Part shown: in pieces, positions 30,269 to 38,548 of the stretch
Position numbering within the stretch: the stretch's first letter is position 1
Layout of the letters: each line of letters begins with the position of its first letter
DNA from: Lentisphaeria bacterium
GTDB taxonomy: Bacteria; Verrucomicrobiota; Lentisphaeria; Victivallales; UBA1829
Reading direction: 5' to 3'
Assembly (NCBI GenBank): GCA_003526375.1
Contig: DPDG01000052.1
Coordinates: 4,139 to 68,138 of the forward strand
DNA length: 64,000 nucleotides
Position numbers and translations under genes: made by a program
Notes under the pieces: model-generated
Database searches by the model: none
Told to the model about the DNA's origin: nothing
Seen by the model: the letters and a program-made list of their open reading frames with translations, nothing else

Positions 30269-31126
30269 ATGACACGTTACGATTTCATGTTCGTTTTCGA
30301 TGCGAAGAATGCAAATCCGAATGGAGATCCCGATGCCGGGAACATGCCGAGAATTGATCCGGAAACAGGAAAAGGCGTAATTACGGATGTCTGCCTGAAA
30401 CGCAAGATCCGTAATTATGTTCAACTGAAATATCAGGATGGCGTGAATCACCGGATCTACTTCAAGGATGCCGTTGTTTTGAATAACCTGAACAAGGAAG
30501 CTTATGATGCCGCCGGATTGTCTCCTGCCAAAGAACTCCCGAAAGAGCTGAAAAAGGCGCGCGAACTGACGGCTTTCATGTGCCGGAATTTTTACGATAT
30601 CCGTACATTTGGCGCAGTCATGACAACGGATGTCAATTGCGGGCAGGTCCGTGGTCCGGTTCAGTTGTCTTTTGCGAATTCGCTGGACCCGATTTTCATT
30701 GCGGAACATGCCATTACCCGCAGTTCCGTCACGAATGAAAAGGACGTTGCCAAGGTGCGTACGATGGGGCGCAAATATACGATTCCCTATGGCCTGTATG
30801 TTGCTTATGGATTCGTGAATCCCCGTCTTGCGGCTGAGACCGGATTCAATGAGGACGATCTGGCTCTGCTGTGGGAGGCACTGGGAAAGGCATTCGAGTT
30901 TGACCAGTCTGCGGCGCGTCCTGCCGGCAGTATGGCAGCACGCAAACTGATTGTGTTCAAGCATGAAAGCGAACTCGGAAATGCGCCGTCCCATAAACTG
31001 TTCGAGCTTGTGAGAATTGCACGTGCGAACGACCCGAAAGCACCTCCGAGAGCTTTTGAAGATTATACGGTTGCAATCGACCGGGAACATTGTCCGAAAG
31101 GCGTGACGATCGAAGAACTGGTCTGA
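30269..31126 (+). CDS. cas7: Cas7c (Csd2) backbone subunit
   Basis: YDFMFVFDAKNANPNGDPDAGNMPRIDPETGKGVITDVCLKRKIRNY is the hallmark Csd2 N-terminus. Confidence 0.9.
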   Translation: MTRYDFMFVFDAKNANPNGDPDAGNMPRIDPETGKGVITDVCLKRKIRNYVQLKYQDGVNHRIYFKDAVVLNNLNKEAYDAAGLSPAKELPKELKKARELTAFMCRNFYDIRTFGAVMTTDVNCGQVRGPVQLSFANSLDPIFIAEHAITRSSVTNEKDVAKVRTMGRKYTIPYGLYVAYGFVNPRLAAETGFNEDDLALLWEALGKAFEFDQSAARPAGSMAARKLIVFKHESELGNAPSHKLFELVRIARANDPKAPPRAFEDYTVAIDREHCPKGVTIEELV

Positions 31127-31146
31127 TTGACTGTTTTTTGCTTCAT

Positions 31147-31187
31147 AAGGGGAAGGCGTGTCCGGGTGATGTGTCTTCCCTTTTTTT
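31147..31187 (+). terminator. intrinsic terminator-like hairpin between cas7 and cas4
   Basis: AAGGGGAAG (31147-55) pairs with CTTCCCTT (31175-82) across a 19-nt loop, running into a T7 tract (31181-87). Confidence 0.5.
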
Positions 31188-31207
31188 GCCTGTAGCAGAG
31201 GTGTGCC

Positions 31208-31825
31208 ATGTATTCTGAAGATGATTATATCATGATCTCCGCGCTTCAGCATTATCTGTTCTGTCCGCGACAGTGTGCTTTGATTCATCTGGATCAGTAT
31301 TGGAGTGAAAATCTGCTGACTGCTTCGGGGCGCGTCATGCATGAGCGCGTGGATACTCCCGGCACGCGTCATAACCCGGATTGCAGGATTGAATATTCCG
31401 TTCCGCTTTGCTGTCGCCGCCTCGGAATCAACGGGATTGCCGATCTGGTGGAGTACCATAAAAAGGGAAATGGAGTCTTTGAACCGTCCGTTGTAGAGTA
31501 TAAATTCGGGAGACCGAAGGAAAATCGTTGCGACGAGGTTCAGCTTTGCGCCCAGATGTTCTGCATGGAGGAGATGATGGACTGTTCCATTGCATCCGGG
31601 GTTATTTATTACGGCCGTACAAAGAAACGCCATGATGTGATCTTTGACCCGGAACTGCGTGCATTGACCGAACAGATCGTCGGTGCGGTTCATTCTCTGA
31701 TTTCTTCGGGGAAGATACCCCCGCCCGCTTACCGGAAACATGCCTGTGAAAGCTGTTCCCTGTTTGAATACTGCCGTCCGCTGGACTCCCTGCAGGTGGA
31801 ACAATATCTGGAGACGATCGAATGA
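31208..31825 (+). CDS. cas4: Cas4 (RecB-like exonuclease with an Fe-S cluster)
   Basis: N-terminal Cys (YLFCPRQCAL) and a C-terminal CESCSLFEYC cluster; 205 aa. Confidence 0.9.
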   Translation: MYSEDDYIMISALQHYLFCPRQCALIHLDQYWSENLLTASGRVMHERVDTPGTRHNPDCRIEYSVPLCCRRLGINGIADLVEYHKKGNGVFEPSVVEYKFGRPKENRCDEVQLCAQMFCMEEMMDCSIASGVIYYGRTKKRHDVIFDPELRALTEQIVGAVHSLISSGKIPPPAYRKHACESCSLFEYCRPLDSLQVEQYLETIE

Positions 31826-32856
31826 GAAAATTATTGAATACTCTGTTTGTCACCACGCAGGGAACGTATCTGCGGAAAGAGGGACAGGCGATTGCGGTTA
31901 ATCGGGACAAGAGAACGATCATGCGTCTGCCGCTGCATAATCTGAGCTCGATTGTCGTTTTCGGGCGGGTTCTGGTCTCTCCTTATCTGATGCATTTCTG
32001 TTCCGAAAATAATATCTTTATCGCGTTTCACCGGGAGGACGGACGTTTCCTCGCACGTGTGGATGGACCGGTTTCCGGTAACGTCCTGCTGCGTCGCGAA
32101 CAATTCCGTGTGGCTGATTCTCCTGTGCGTTCCGCCGCTGTGGCACGCAATATTCTGCTTGCGAAGCTGGCAAACAGCAAACAGGTGCTCCTGCGTTTCC
32201 TGCGCGATCATCCTTCGCCGGAAAATCAGGCGATTGAGGATGCCGCATCTTATTTGAAAGCGCTGATGCGGAAGCTTGCACACGGACACGAATGGGATCT
32301 TGAGCTGCTGCGAGGAATGGAGGGCAGTGCGGCGGAACGTTATTTTTCCGTTTTTGACGCTCTCATCAGGAATGAAGAAGCCGGATTCCGGTTTTCCGGG
32401 CGCAGCAGACGCCCTCCGATGGACCCTGTCAATGCGCTGTTGTCTTTTGCATATACTTTGCTCGGCAATGAAATGGAATCTGCTCTGGAGTCCGTTGGAC
32501 TGGACCCTGCGGTCGGTTTTCTGCATCGTGACCGCCCGGGGAGGGCGTCGCTGGCATTGGATCTGCTGGAGGAATTCCGGGCTTTTCTGGGGGATCGCCT
32601 GGTGCTCTCCTTATTGAATCTGAAGCAGTTGAAGCCCGGCGATTTTGAGCATGGCGGCAACGGCGCGGTCAAACTGAAGGATCATGGGCGCAAAACATTT
32701 CTGAGCGCTTATCAGGCTCGTAAGAAAGAGCTGATCGTTCATCCCTTTACGGGAGAAAAAGTTGAGATAGGCCTGTTGTTCTTCATTCAGGCGCGTCTGC
32801 TTGCCAAACACCTGCGTGGAGAATTGCCGCAGTATCCGCCGTTTGTCTGGAGGTGA
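31822..32856 (+). CDS. cas1: Cas1 integrase
   Basis: NALLSFAYTLL and DPAVGFLHRDRPGRASLALDLLEEFR blocks; 344 aa. Start overlaps the cas4 stop. Confidence 0.95.
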   Translation: MRKLLNTLFVTTQGTYLRKEGQAIAVNRDKRTIMRLPLHNLSSIVVFGRVLVSPYLMHFCSENNIFIAFHREDGRFLARVDGPVSGNVLLRREQFRVADSPVRSAAVARNILLAKLANSKQVLLRFLRDHPSPENQAIEDAASYLKALMRKLAHGHEWDLELLRGMEGSAAERYFSVFDALIRNEEAGFRFSGRSRRPPMDPVNALLSFAYTLLGNEMESALESVGLDPAVGFLHRDRPGRASLALDLLEEFRAFLGDRLVLSLLNLKQLKPGDFEHGGNGAVKLKDHGRKTFLSAYQARKKELIVHPFTGEKVEIGLLFFIQARLLAKHLRGELPQYPPFVWR

Positions 32857-32859
32857 ACG

Positions 32860-33153
32860 ATGTTGGTTATCGTGAGTTATGATGTTTCGACGCTGACGAA
32901 AGAGGGACGCAAACGTCTGCGTCATGTCGCCAAAATCTGCCAGAGTTACGGACAGCGAGTTCAGAATTCCGTTTTTGAGTGCGAACTGGACCATTCTCGG
33001 TGGGTGAAAGTGAAAGCGGAACTTCTGAATGAGATCAATTTGCAGGAGGACAGTTTGCGCATCTATTTGCTGGGGAATCACTGGCATGGTCATAAAGAGC
33101 ATTTCGGCACGAAAAAGACCTTTGATATTGCTGAGGATGTCTTGCTGATCTGA
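32860..33153 (+). CDS. cas2: Cas2
   Basis: MLVIVSYDVSTLTKEGRKRLRHVAKICQSYGQRVQNSVFEC; 97 aa. Confidence 0.9.
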   Translation: MLVIVSYDVSTLTKEGRKRLRHVAKICQSYGQRVQNSVFECELDHSRWVKVKAELLNEINLQEDSLRIYLLGNHWHGHKEHFGTKKTFDIAEDVLLI

Positions 33154-33273
33154 GAAACCGCGGGCTGTCTGGTGAAAAGATGAGTGTCCTTCCAGTCTTT
33201 CACTTATGGCTTGAAACTGACCTCCGGGCACGAACAACCGGCAAGCCTGGTCATGAAAGAAAGATTGAAAATG

Positions 33274-33300
33274 CACTGCCGCGCGGGTGACGCGGCAGTG
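33274..33300 (+). other. GC-rich perfect hairpin 120 nt downstream of cas2
   Basis: CACTGCCGCG / CGCGGCAGTG form a 10-bp stem with a 7-nt loop CGGGTGA. It is followed by TTGAGCAG and has no U-tract. Confidence 0.6.
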
Positions 33301-33482
33301 TTGAGCAGCCTCAAATCCTCGACAGGTGCAGGAGAATGTAATTGGCAGAAGTCAGTAGAGGGAGTAAACTGTGCTTCCGTCCAAAACATCTTTTATAGCC
33401 TGTCGTCCCCCCCGATCAATGGGTGAAGGAAGTTGAGGTTACGCATATTATACATTGAAAAAGCAGAATGTCAAGCATGTTT

Positions 33483-33498
33483 TGTGAATAAAAACACA
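33483..33498. promoter_or_regulatory. CRP/FNR-type palindrome, site 1
   Basis: TGTGA-ATAAAA-ACACA: one mismatch to TGTGA-N6-TCACA. Confidence 0.4.
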
Positions 33499-33523
33499 AT
33501 TTATTTTTGATATTTTATTTAAT

Positions 33524-33539
33524 TGTGAATAAAATCACA
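33524..33539. promoter_or_regulatory. CRP/FNR-type palindrome, site 2
   Basis: TGTGA-ATAAAA-TCACA: a perfect match to the TGTGA-N6-TCACA architecture, 41 nt from site 1. Confidence 0.45.
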
Positions 33540-33770
33540 GTTTAACTGCCGAAGAAATAAGATTTTTTGCATTGCCTTTGATGAAATGTTGTATTTGACA
33601 GGATTTTCAATATTGAATCTGCTGTCGGCTGTGCCGGTAATCCCGTTTGCCGGGTGAGATGTCGCAGGGCATACCGGAAACGCAAAATGGTTCGACCGGA
33701 CTTGCGGGGGAATATTCCATTGGTGAAGTTCCCTGTCCGCTGGGGGCGGAAACGGTTCCGTTATATAAGA

Positions 33771-33806
33771 AATGACCTTATTGCTGCAGATAGCCATAAG
33801 GTCATT
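33771..33806 (-). terminator. hairpin 20 nt downstream of the ferritin-like gene stop
   Basis: AATGACCTTAT / ATAAGGTCATT form an 11-bp stem with a 14-nt loop. On the minus strand it is followed by TTCTTATATAA. Confidence 0.45.
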
Positions 33807-33825
33807 CTCCAAGCGGAATTTTGCT

Positions 33826-34131
33826 TCAGTTCTTCTGCCTGGCAAGAAGTTCTTCCACTTCTCTGGCGCCGCTTTCATAGAATTTACATTCTTCGGGTTC
33901 CAGCTCACGAAGCAGCCGCAGGAATTCGCCGGCGTGGACACGTTCTTCATCGGCGATATCCAGCAGGACGGCTTTGGCTTTTTCGCAGTCGATGGAATCG
34001 ACAAGTTGCGTGTACAGTCCGACAGCCTCATATTCGGCAGCAATCATGAAACGGATTGCACGGATCAATTCGCTTTTTGTGAGCTTTGCCCCGGCTTTGG
34101 ACGATGGCAGTGATGAACAGAATTCAGGCAT
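33826..34131 (-). CDS. small ferritin-like/rubrerythrin-family protein (EncFtn-like)
   Basis: 101 aa. AAEYEAVGLY and DEERVHAGEF supply a Glu ... ExxH di-iron type pattern. Has its own promoter and terminator. Confidence 0.6.
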   Translation of the reverse strand: MPEFCSSLPSSKAGAKLTKSELIRAIRFMIAAEYEAVGLYTQLVDSIDCEKAKAVLLDIADEERVHAGEFLRLLRELEPEECKFYESGAREVEELLARQKN

Positions 34132-34199
34132 GATATTACCCCCCTTTTTATATCTTTGACATACTCCGGCGGTTCCGGAGCATTTTTATCCCCGTTATT

Positions 34200-34227
34200 A
34201 TTATAGCCGTTCTGAATCATTTTGCAA
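34200..34227 (-). promoter_or_regulatory. sigma70-type promoter of the ferritin-like gene
   Basis: The minus strand reads TTGCAA-16 nt-TATAAT. A downstream 5'UTR hairpin CTCCGG..CCGGAG and SD AAGGGGGG precede the ATG. Confidence 0.45.
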
Positions 34228-34388
34228 GCTGGAAAATGTGAAAACAGTCATATTTTATTTGAAATCAAAAGATTATGCTGATCTTTATGCGATGCTTTTT
34301 TCTTTGCCGCCGATTTGAAAAAAAAGATTGCGCGAGTAAATTAACAGCGTTATGGAAATTTGAAAAACTCAACAGGAAGGAAAACAAT

Positions 34389-35600
34389 ATGTTCTTTGAA
34401 GAAACATTCAGGTGGTATGGACCGGAAGATCCGGTTTCTCTTGCATACATCCGCCAGGCTGGCGCAACGGGTGTCGTGAACGCGCTGCATTCCCTTGCCC
34501 CGGGAATTGTATGGACCGAGGACGCGATCCGCGAACGCTGCCGCATCATTGAGGATGCCGGGCTTACATGGAGCGTGATTGAAAGTCTGCCGGTTCACGA
34601 GGACATCAAGACCGGTGCGCCGTCCGCCGCTCAGCTTATTGAGAACTACAAGACCTCCATCCGCAATCTCGGCAAAGTGGAGAACGGCCCCCGCGTCATT
34701 ACCTACAATTTCATGCCCGTTCTTGACTGGATCCGCACCGATCTTCATCACAAACTGCCGGATGGTTCCGAGACTCTTTATTATGACCAGAAGCAGTTTG
34801 CCGCGTTTGAAGTCTTCATTCTTCAGCGTAAAGGCGCAGAGAATGATTATACGCCCGAACTGCTCAGGAAAGCCGAGGAGTATTACAAAGGTCTTTCCAA
34901 AGCTGAAATTGATGATCTGACAAGCACATTGATCGATAATTTCCCCGGCTTCAAAGGGGTCAAGCTGGATGATATCCGCGCGATGCTCGGAAAATATGAA
35001 GGGTTTACGAGAGAACGTCTTGAGGAGAACCTTCATAACTTCCTCAGTGCGGTTGTGCCTGTCGCGGAAGAAAACGGCTGTTATATGGTGATTCATCCCG
35101 ATGATCCGCCGCGCTCCATCCTCGGACTGCCGCGCATCTTCAGCAATATCAAGGATGTCCGCAGGTTGCTCAAGGATGTGGACAGCCCTGCGAACGGTGT
35201 CTGTTTCTGCTCCGGCAGTTTCAGCGCAAGCAAGGACAACGATGTCGTGGCGATGTTCAAAGAGTGTGCCGACCGCGTTCATTTCATGCATATGCGCAGC
35301 ACGCAGCATGAGGGTGACGGCAACTTCTTCGAGGCGAATCATCTGGAAGGCAGAGTCGATATGTATGAACTGATGAAGGCTCTCTGCGATGAGCAGGTCC
35401 GGCGGAAAAAAGCCGGACGGAAGGATTGGCGCATTCCGGTGCGCCCCGATCACGGGCACCGCATGATGGACGATCTGGAGAAGCCGGATTCCCCGAACCC
35501 CGGTTATACCTGTCTCGGACGTATGCGCGGACTTGCCGAGCTTCGCGGCCTGGAGCTTGGCGTCATGCGCGCGTTCCATCCGGAACAGCTTGAAAAGTAA
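34389..35600 (+). CDS. uxuA: mannonate dehydratase
   Basis: FRWYGPEDPVSLAYIRQAGATGVV, YNFMPVLDWIRTDL, VHPDDPPRSILGLPRI and RPDHGH are collinear with E. coli UxuA as I remember it. Start at the internal Met (MFFEETFRWYG), not 34275. Confidence 0.92.
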   Translation: MFFEETFRWYGPEDPVSLAYIRQAGATGVVNALHSLAPGIVWTEDAIRERCRIIEDAGLTWSVIESLPVHEDIKTGAPSAAQLIENYKTSIRNLGKVENGPRVITYNFMPVLDWIRTDLHHKLPDGSETLYYDQKQFAAFEVFILQRKGAENDYTPELLRKAEEYYKGLSKAEIDDLTSTLIDNFPGFKGVKLDDIRAMLGKYEGFTRERLEENLHNFLSAVVPVAEENGCYMVIHPDDPPRSILGLPRIFSNIKDVRRLLKDVDSPANGVCFCSGSFSASKDNDVVAMFKECADRVHFMHMRSTQHEGDGNFFEANHLEGRVDMYELMKALCDEQVRRKKAGRKDWRIPVRPDHGHRMMDDLEKPDSPNPGYTCLGRMRGLAELRGLELGVMRAFHPEQLEK

Positions 35601-35614
35601 ACACATTCCTTGTT

Positions 35615-35667
35615 CCCCGCGTCAAGCTGTGATTCCTGTCCGGGGCATGGCTTGACAGGAAGCGGGG
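35615..35667 (+). terminator. bulged GC hairpin after uxuA
   Basis: CCCCGCGTCAAGC pairs with GCTTGAC..GCGGGG (5-nt bulge). The U-tract is weak (GCATAAAATCC). Confidence 0.3.
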
Positions 35668-35784
35668 GCATAAAATCCGGTTCGGGAACGGCTTTACAGC
35701 GAAGTTTTCATTCCCTTGCTTGAAAAATTCTGGTTTGACTGTATATTCTATATCCGGTTATGAATCTGCAAAGGCGTGAAGAAT

Positions 35785-36201
35785 ATGTCGAAACTGGTCA
35801 GATTGAGTCTTTCTCTGGAAGATACCTTGCTGGACAAGCTGTCCGCTCTGGTTCAGGACGGCGGTTACGAAAACCGTTCGGAGTATATCCGTGACCTGAT
35901 TCGTGACGAAATTGCCCGCAAGCAGTGGAGTTCCGGCGGAGAAGTGATCGGCACATTGACGCTGATCTACAATCATCACCGGCGCGGGTTGACGGAAAAG
36001 CTGGTGGATTTGCAGCATCATTGCCACTGCCGTGTCCTGGCTTCGACGCATGTGCACTTGAGCCATGAGATCTGCGCGGAAATGATTATGATGAAAGGGC
36101 GCGGAAGCGAGATTGAAGAACTTGCCAATGCGATGAAGCGCCTGAAGGGAGTGCTCAAGGCTGAGCTTGCGGCGGGAGCTGCGGGAGAATCCATATCCTG
36201 A
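35785..36201 (+). CDS. nikR: nickel-responsive regulator NikR
   Basis: N-terminal ribbon-helix-helix (VRLSLSLEDTLLDKLSALV..GYENRSEYIRDLIR) and a C-terminal His/Cys-rich metal site (NHHRRG..DLQHHCHCRVLASTHVHLSHEIC). Confidence 0.85.
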   Translation: MSKLVRLSLSLEDTLLDKLSALVQDGGYENRSEYIRDLIRDEIARKQWSSGGEVIGTLTLIYNHHRRGLTEKLVDLQHHCHCRVLASTHVHLSHEICAEMIMMKGRGSEIEELANAMKRLKGVLKAELAAGAAGESIS

Positions 36202-36221
36202 ATTATTTTTTTGTCTTTGTG

Positions 36222-36248
36222 GTATTACGAAAATAAAAAATGTAATAA
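36222..36248. promoter_or_regulatory. predicted NikR operator
   Basis: GTATTAC-N13-GTAATAA inverted repeat lying 20 nt after the nikR stop and just upstream of the -35 of the downstream operon. It resembles the GTGTTAC-N13/14-GTAACAC class of NikR boxes as I recall it. Confidence 0.55.
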
Positions 36249-36264
36249 TTTTTTGAAAAACGGT

Positions 36265-36292
36265 TTGACTTACAGTTACTCTAAGGTATATC
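36265..36292 (+). promoter_or_regulatory. candidate promoter of the pilin-like/CobN operon
   Basis: TTGACT-16 nt-TATATC, 12 nt upstream of ATG 36304 (SD AGAGGA). Confidence 0.35.
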
Positions 36293-36303
36293 TTAGAGGA
36301 AAA

Positions 36304-37185
36304 ATGATAGAGCAAAAGGAGTTAACAGGGAACATGAACGGTGAACAGGGAAAAGTTCTAATCCAGAGGAACAGAAATTGGGTGGAAATGGGGGTGTTCA
36401 CCTTGATAGAGCTCCTCGTCGTGATTGCGATCATCGCGATTCTTGCAGGGATGCTTCTGCCTGCTCTGGGAGCGGCGCGGGAAAAGGCGAGGAGCATTCT
36501 CTGCCTGAACAATCTGAAACAGATCGGAATTGCCAATAATATGTATGCCGACGATAACGATGACCACTGCGTCCCCTACACGACGGTTCCCGGCACCGGG
36601 CGGCAGAAACTCGGCGACTACTGGTGCGGAGTGCTGACCACCGATGGCTATGACCTGACCGACAGTCCTTTGCTGGGGTCTTATTATGGAAATACGACCG
36701 GAGTCATGATCTGTCCCTCATCCTATGAGAAGATCGCCGATATGACAAGGGCGGAAAACGGCGGCGGATACGGATATAATGCCAAATGGTTCGGCGGGTA
36801 TGACTGGTACCGGGGTGATGACATTCCGTATTACAAACGCTCCTCCATGCGGAACATCGGCAATACCATTGTGTTCGGTGACTGTGCGAGTTCCGGGAAA
36901 TCCAGTTCCGCTTACGACACTGCCCGGTATACGGCATACATGTACGGCAAGGTCATGCCGGACGGCGTCACGCAGTGGTCGAATAAAACCAGTGGGACGG
37001 CCCATTTCAGGCATGCCAGGCGCAGTAATGTCACCTGGGGAGACGGACACGCCGGCAGTGAGCCGATCGGAACCTTAAATATGAGTCATCCCTGCGCCAT
37101 TGCCTCAAAGGTCGGTTTTGTCGGCGTCGCGACGACGGATTTGTATAACCCGATGCGTGCCGGCGATGAATGCGCCGATATGTAA
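36304..37185 (+). CDS. prepilin-type N-terminal cleavage/methylation domain protein (DUF1559-like pseudopilin)
   Basis: [46 protein letters not shown]. Start moved to ATG 36304 because the ORF-track start at 36211 lies upstream of the predicted promoter and operator. Confidence 0.8.
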   Translation: MIEQKELTGNMNGEQGKVLIQRNRNWVEMGVFTLIELLVVIAIIAILAGMLLPALGAAREKARSILCLNNLKQIGIANNMYADDNDDHCVPYTTVPGTGRQKLGDYWCGVLTTDGYDLTDSPLLGSYYGNTTGVMICPSSYEKIADMTRAENGGGYGYNAKWFGGYDWYRGDDIPYYKRSSMRNIGNTIVFGDCASSGKSSSAYDTARYTAYMYGKVMPDGVTQWSNKTSGTAHFRHARRSNVTWGDGHAGSEPIGTLNMSHPCAIASKVGFVGVATTDLYNPMRAGDECADM

Positions 37186-37205
37186 TCTGTGGGGAAATTG
37201 TCTTC

Positions 37206-37985
37206 ATGCCTGAACTGAAACCTGAAATCATCGGTCTGCTGATCGGATTGAGTTTTTCAATCGCGGTATTTGCATTCAAAACGGCGGTCGGGGAGTTTTA
37301 CTTCCTGACCGGGAATTTCCGGCGGAAAGAGAAATTTCTTTTCCTTTCCGTGTCCACGCTCATTTACGGAATTCTTTTCGCCGCGGCATTTGCGGTCAAT
37401 TCCCTGTTGCGGGAGAAATCACTGTTTCTGATTCAGAATCATAATTTCTTTCAGACGGGGATTGTACTTCACCTGATCGTTGCCGCGGGCTTTTTTCTGT
37501 GGGGAGTGCTTTTGCTGACGGCGGAACGAGAGCATCACAGAAGTCGCGGCTGGTGGTTTCTGGTGATTCCGTGTCCGGTTTGCGCCTCCGCGATTTTTCT
37601 TGCGTCGGCGTTTGCGGAACTGCTTCTGCCGGAGTCCGGATGGCTGGTCCGCCTGTTTGTGCCCGGCGTGTTTTTTCTGGTCAATTTCTCCGTTCTCGGG
37701 ATTTTGAGCGCCGCAGTTCGGAAAGGCGGCCTGGAGGCGCGCGGCCTGACGGGGAGGTTGATGTTGTTTGTGGGGCTTTACTTTGCAGGGCTTCTTCTGC
37801 TGGTTCCGAATTTCGACCGTGTGGAACAGATGTACCGTGTCGTGGCTGGAAATGAGAGCCGGGGCGATGTAAATTATTGGCTTGTCATTTTTCTCGGAAT
37901 CCTGCTGCTTGCCGGCTGGCTGTTTCAGGTTTACAGAAATGCAAAACAACAGAGATGCGGCTCTGTCCGCAGAGGAGTGGAATAA
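37206..37985 (+). CDS. polytopic membrane protein, DUF2162-like predicted transporter
   Basis: About 259 aa, 7-8 hydrophobic helices, and a CPVC motif in a helix (VIPCPVCASAIFL). The family assignment is from memory of the DUF2162 + MotA + DUF2149 + CobN gene neighbourhood. Confidence 0.45.
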   Translation: MPELKPEIIGLLIGLSFSIAVFAFKTAVGEFYFLTGNFRRKEKFLFLSVSTLIYGILFAAAFAVNSLLREKSLFLIQNHNFFQTGIVLHLIVAAGFFLWGVLLLTAEREHHRSRGWWFLVIPCPVCASAIFLASAFAELLLPESGWLVRLFVPGVFFLVNFSVLGILSAAVRKGGLEARGLTGRLMLFVGLYFAGLLLLVPNFDRVEQMYRVVAGNESRGDVNYWLVIFLGILLLAGWLFQVYRNAKQQRCGSVRRGVE

Positions 37986-38548
37986 TGGTGTTTTTCGATC
38001 TGCTGAAAACGTTTATCTTTCTGGTGTCAAGCGTGTTGCTTTACCCGGTGCTGATTCTGTTGAGTGCTTCGGCTGTCTATATCATCTGGAGTGCGGGGCG
38101 TTTTCTCGGCGAGTGGATGGAGCGCGCGCGGTGCGGCGGGTTCGATCCGGCGAAGGACTCCCCGCAGGAGTTCCGTTTCCCGCTTCCTGTCCGCCGTTAC
38201 AGGGAAATGTTGAAACACCTGGATCTGCATGACGATGCGGCAGTGGCGTATCTGATGCGGCAGGCTGTTGCCGAGAGGCAGGGGGCGTTGGAAAAATATA
38301 AAATTCTGATCCGCCTGGCGCCTGCGCTCGGGCTTCTCGGGACTTTGATTCCGATGGGAACGGCGCTGGCAAGTGTCGGAAACGGGGAGATCAATCTGGT
38401 CAGCGCGGAACTTGTCGTTGCGTTTACGACAACCGTAGTCGGGCTTGCTGTGGGAAGCATTGCCTTTCTGATTCATTCCGTGAAGCGCCGCTGGACCGCT
38501 TCCGATATTCGCCAGATCGAATACATCACGGAGGTCATGACGCGATGA
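37985..38548 (+). CDS. MotA/TolQ/ExbB-family proton channel protein
   Basis: Three TM helices and the C-terminal APALGLLGTLIPMGTAL block typical of ExbB/TolQ. Start overlaps the upstream stop (TAATG). Confidence 0.75.
   Translation: MVFFDLLKTFIFLVSSVLLYPVLILLSASAVYIIWSAGRFLGEWMERARCGGFDPAKDSPQEFRFPLPVRRYREMLKHLDLHDDAAVAYLMRQAVAERQGALEKYKILIRLAPALGLLGTLIPMGTALASVGNGEINLVSAELVVAFTTTVVGLAVGSIAFLIHSVKRRWTASDIRQIEYITEVMTR

Noticed and set aside
33401-33438. GTCGTCCCCCCCGATCAATGGGTGAAGGAAGTTGAGG, and GTCGCAGGGCATACC... at 33661, as degenerate I-C repeats (GTCGC...ATTGAAAC).
   Set aside because: Hand alignment to the I-C consensus I remember gives under 50% identity, requires indels, and shows no stem. 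This is not supportable.
33586-33657. 23-codon hydrophobic mini-ORF (MLYLTGFSILNLLSAVPVIPFAG).
   Set aside because: There is no Shine-Dalgarno sequence upstream and no way to assess conservation, so it is not called.
33620-33770. Tested the GC-rich structured stretch against riboswitch and ncRNA classes I know (cobalamin, c-di-GMP-I, SRP RNA), on both strands.
   Set aside because: There is no B12 box (GCCACTG), no GEMM-type paired hairpins with an ACGCAAAGCC context, and no SRP GGAAGCAGC motif. There is also no downstream gene for a riboswitch. It is kept only as an unclassified candidate in the findings.
33154-33830. Searched the cas2-downstream gap for a CRISPR array, reading in 66-nt registers on both strands.
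   Set aside because: No 28-37 nt unit occurs twice. TTGAAAC/TTGAAAA/GTTGAG strings recur at 53 and 132 nt spacings, but their flanks are unrelated.
34342-34352. TAAC-AGC-GTTA partial palindrome upstream of uxuA as a binding site for the LacI regulator at 12138.
   Set aside because: It has only 4+4 bp with an odd spacer. The geometry differs from the 12105-12120 palindrome.
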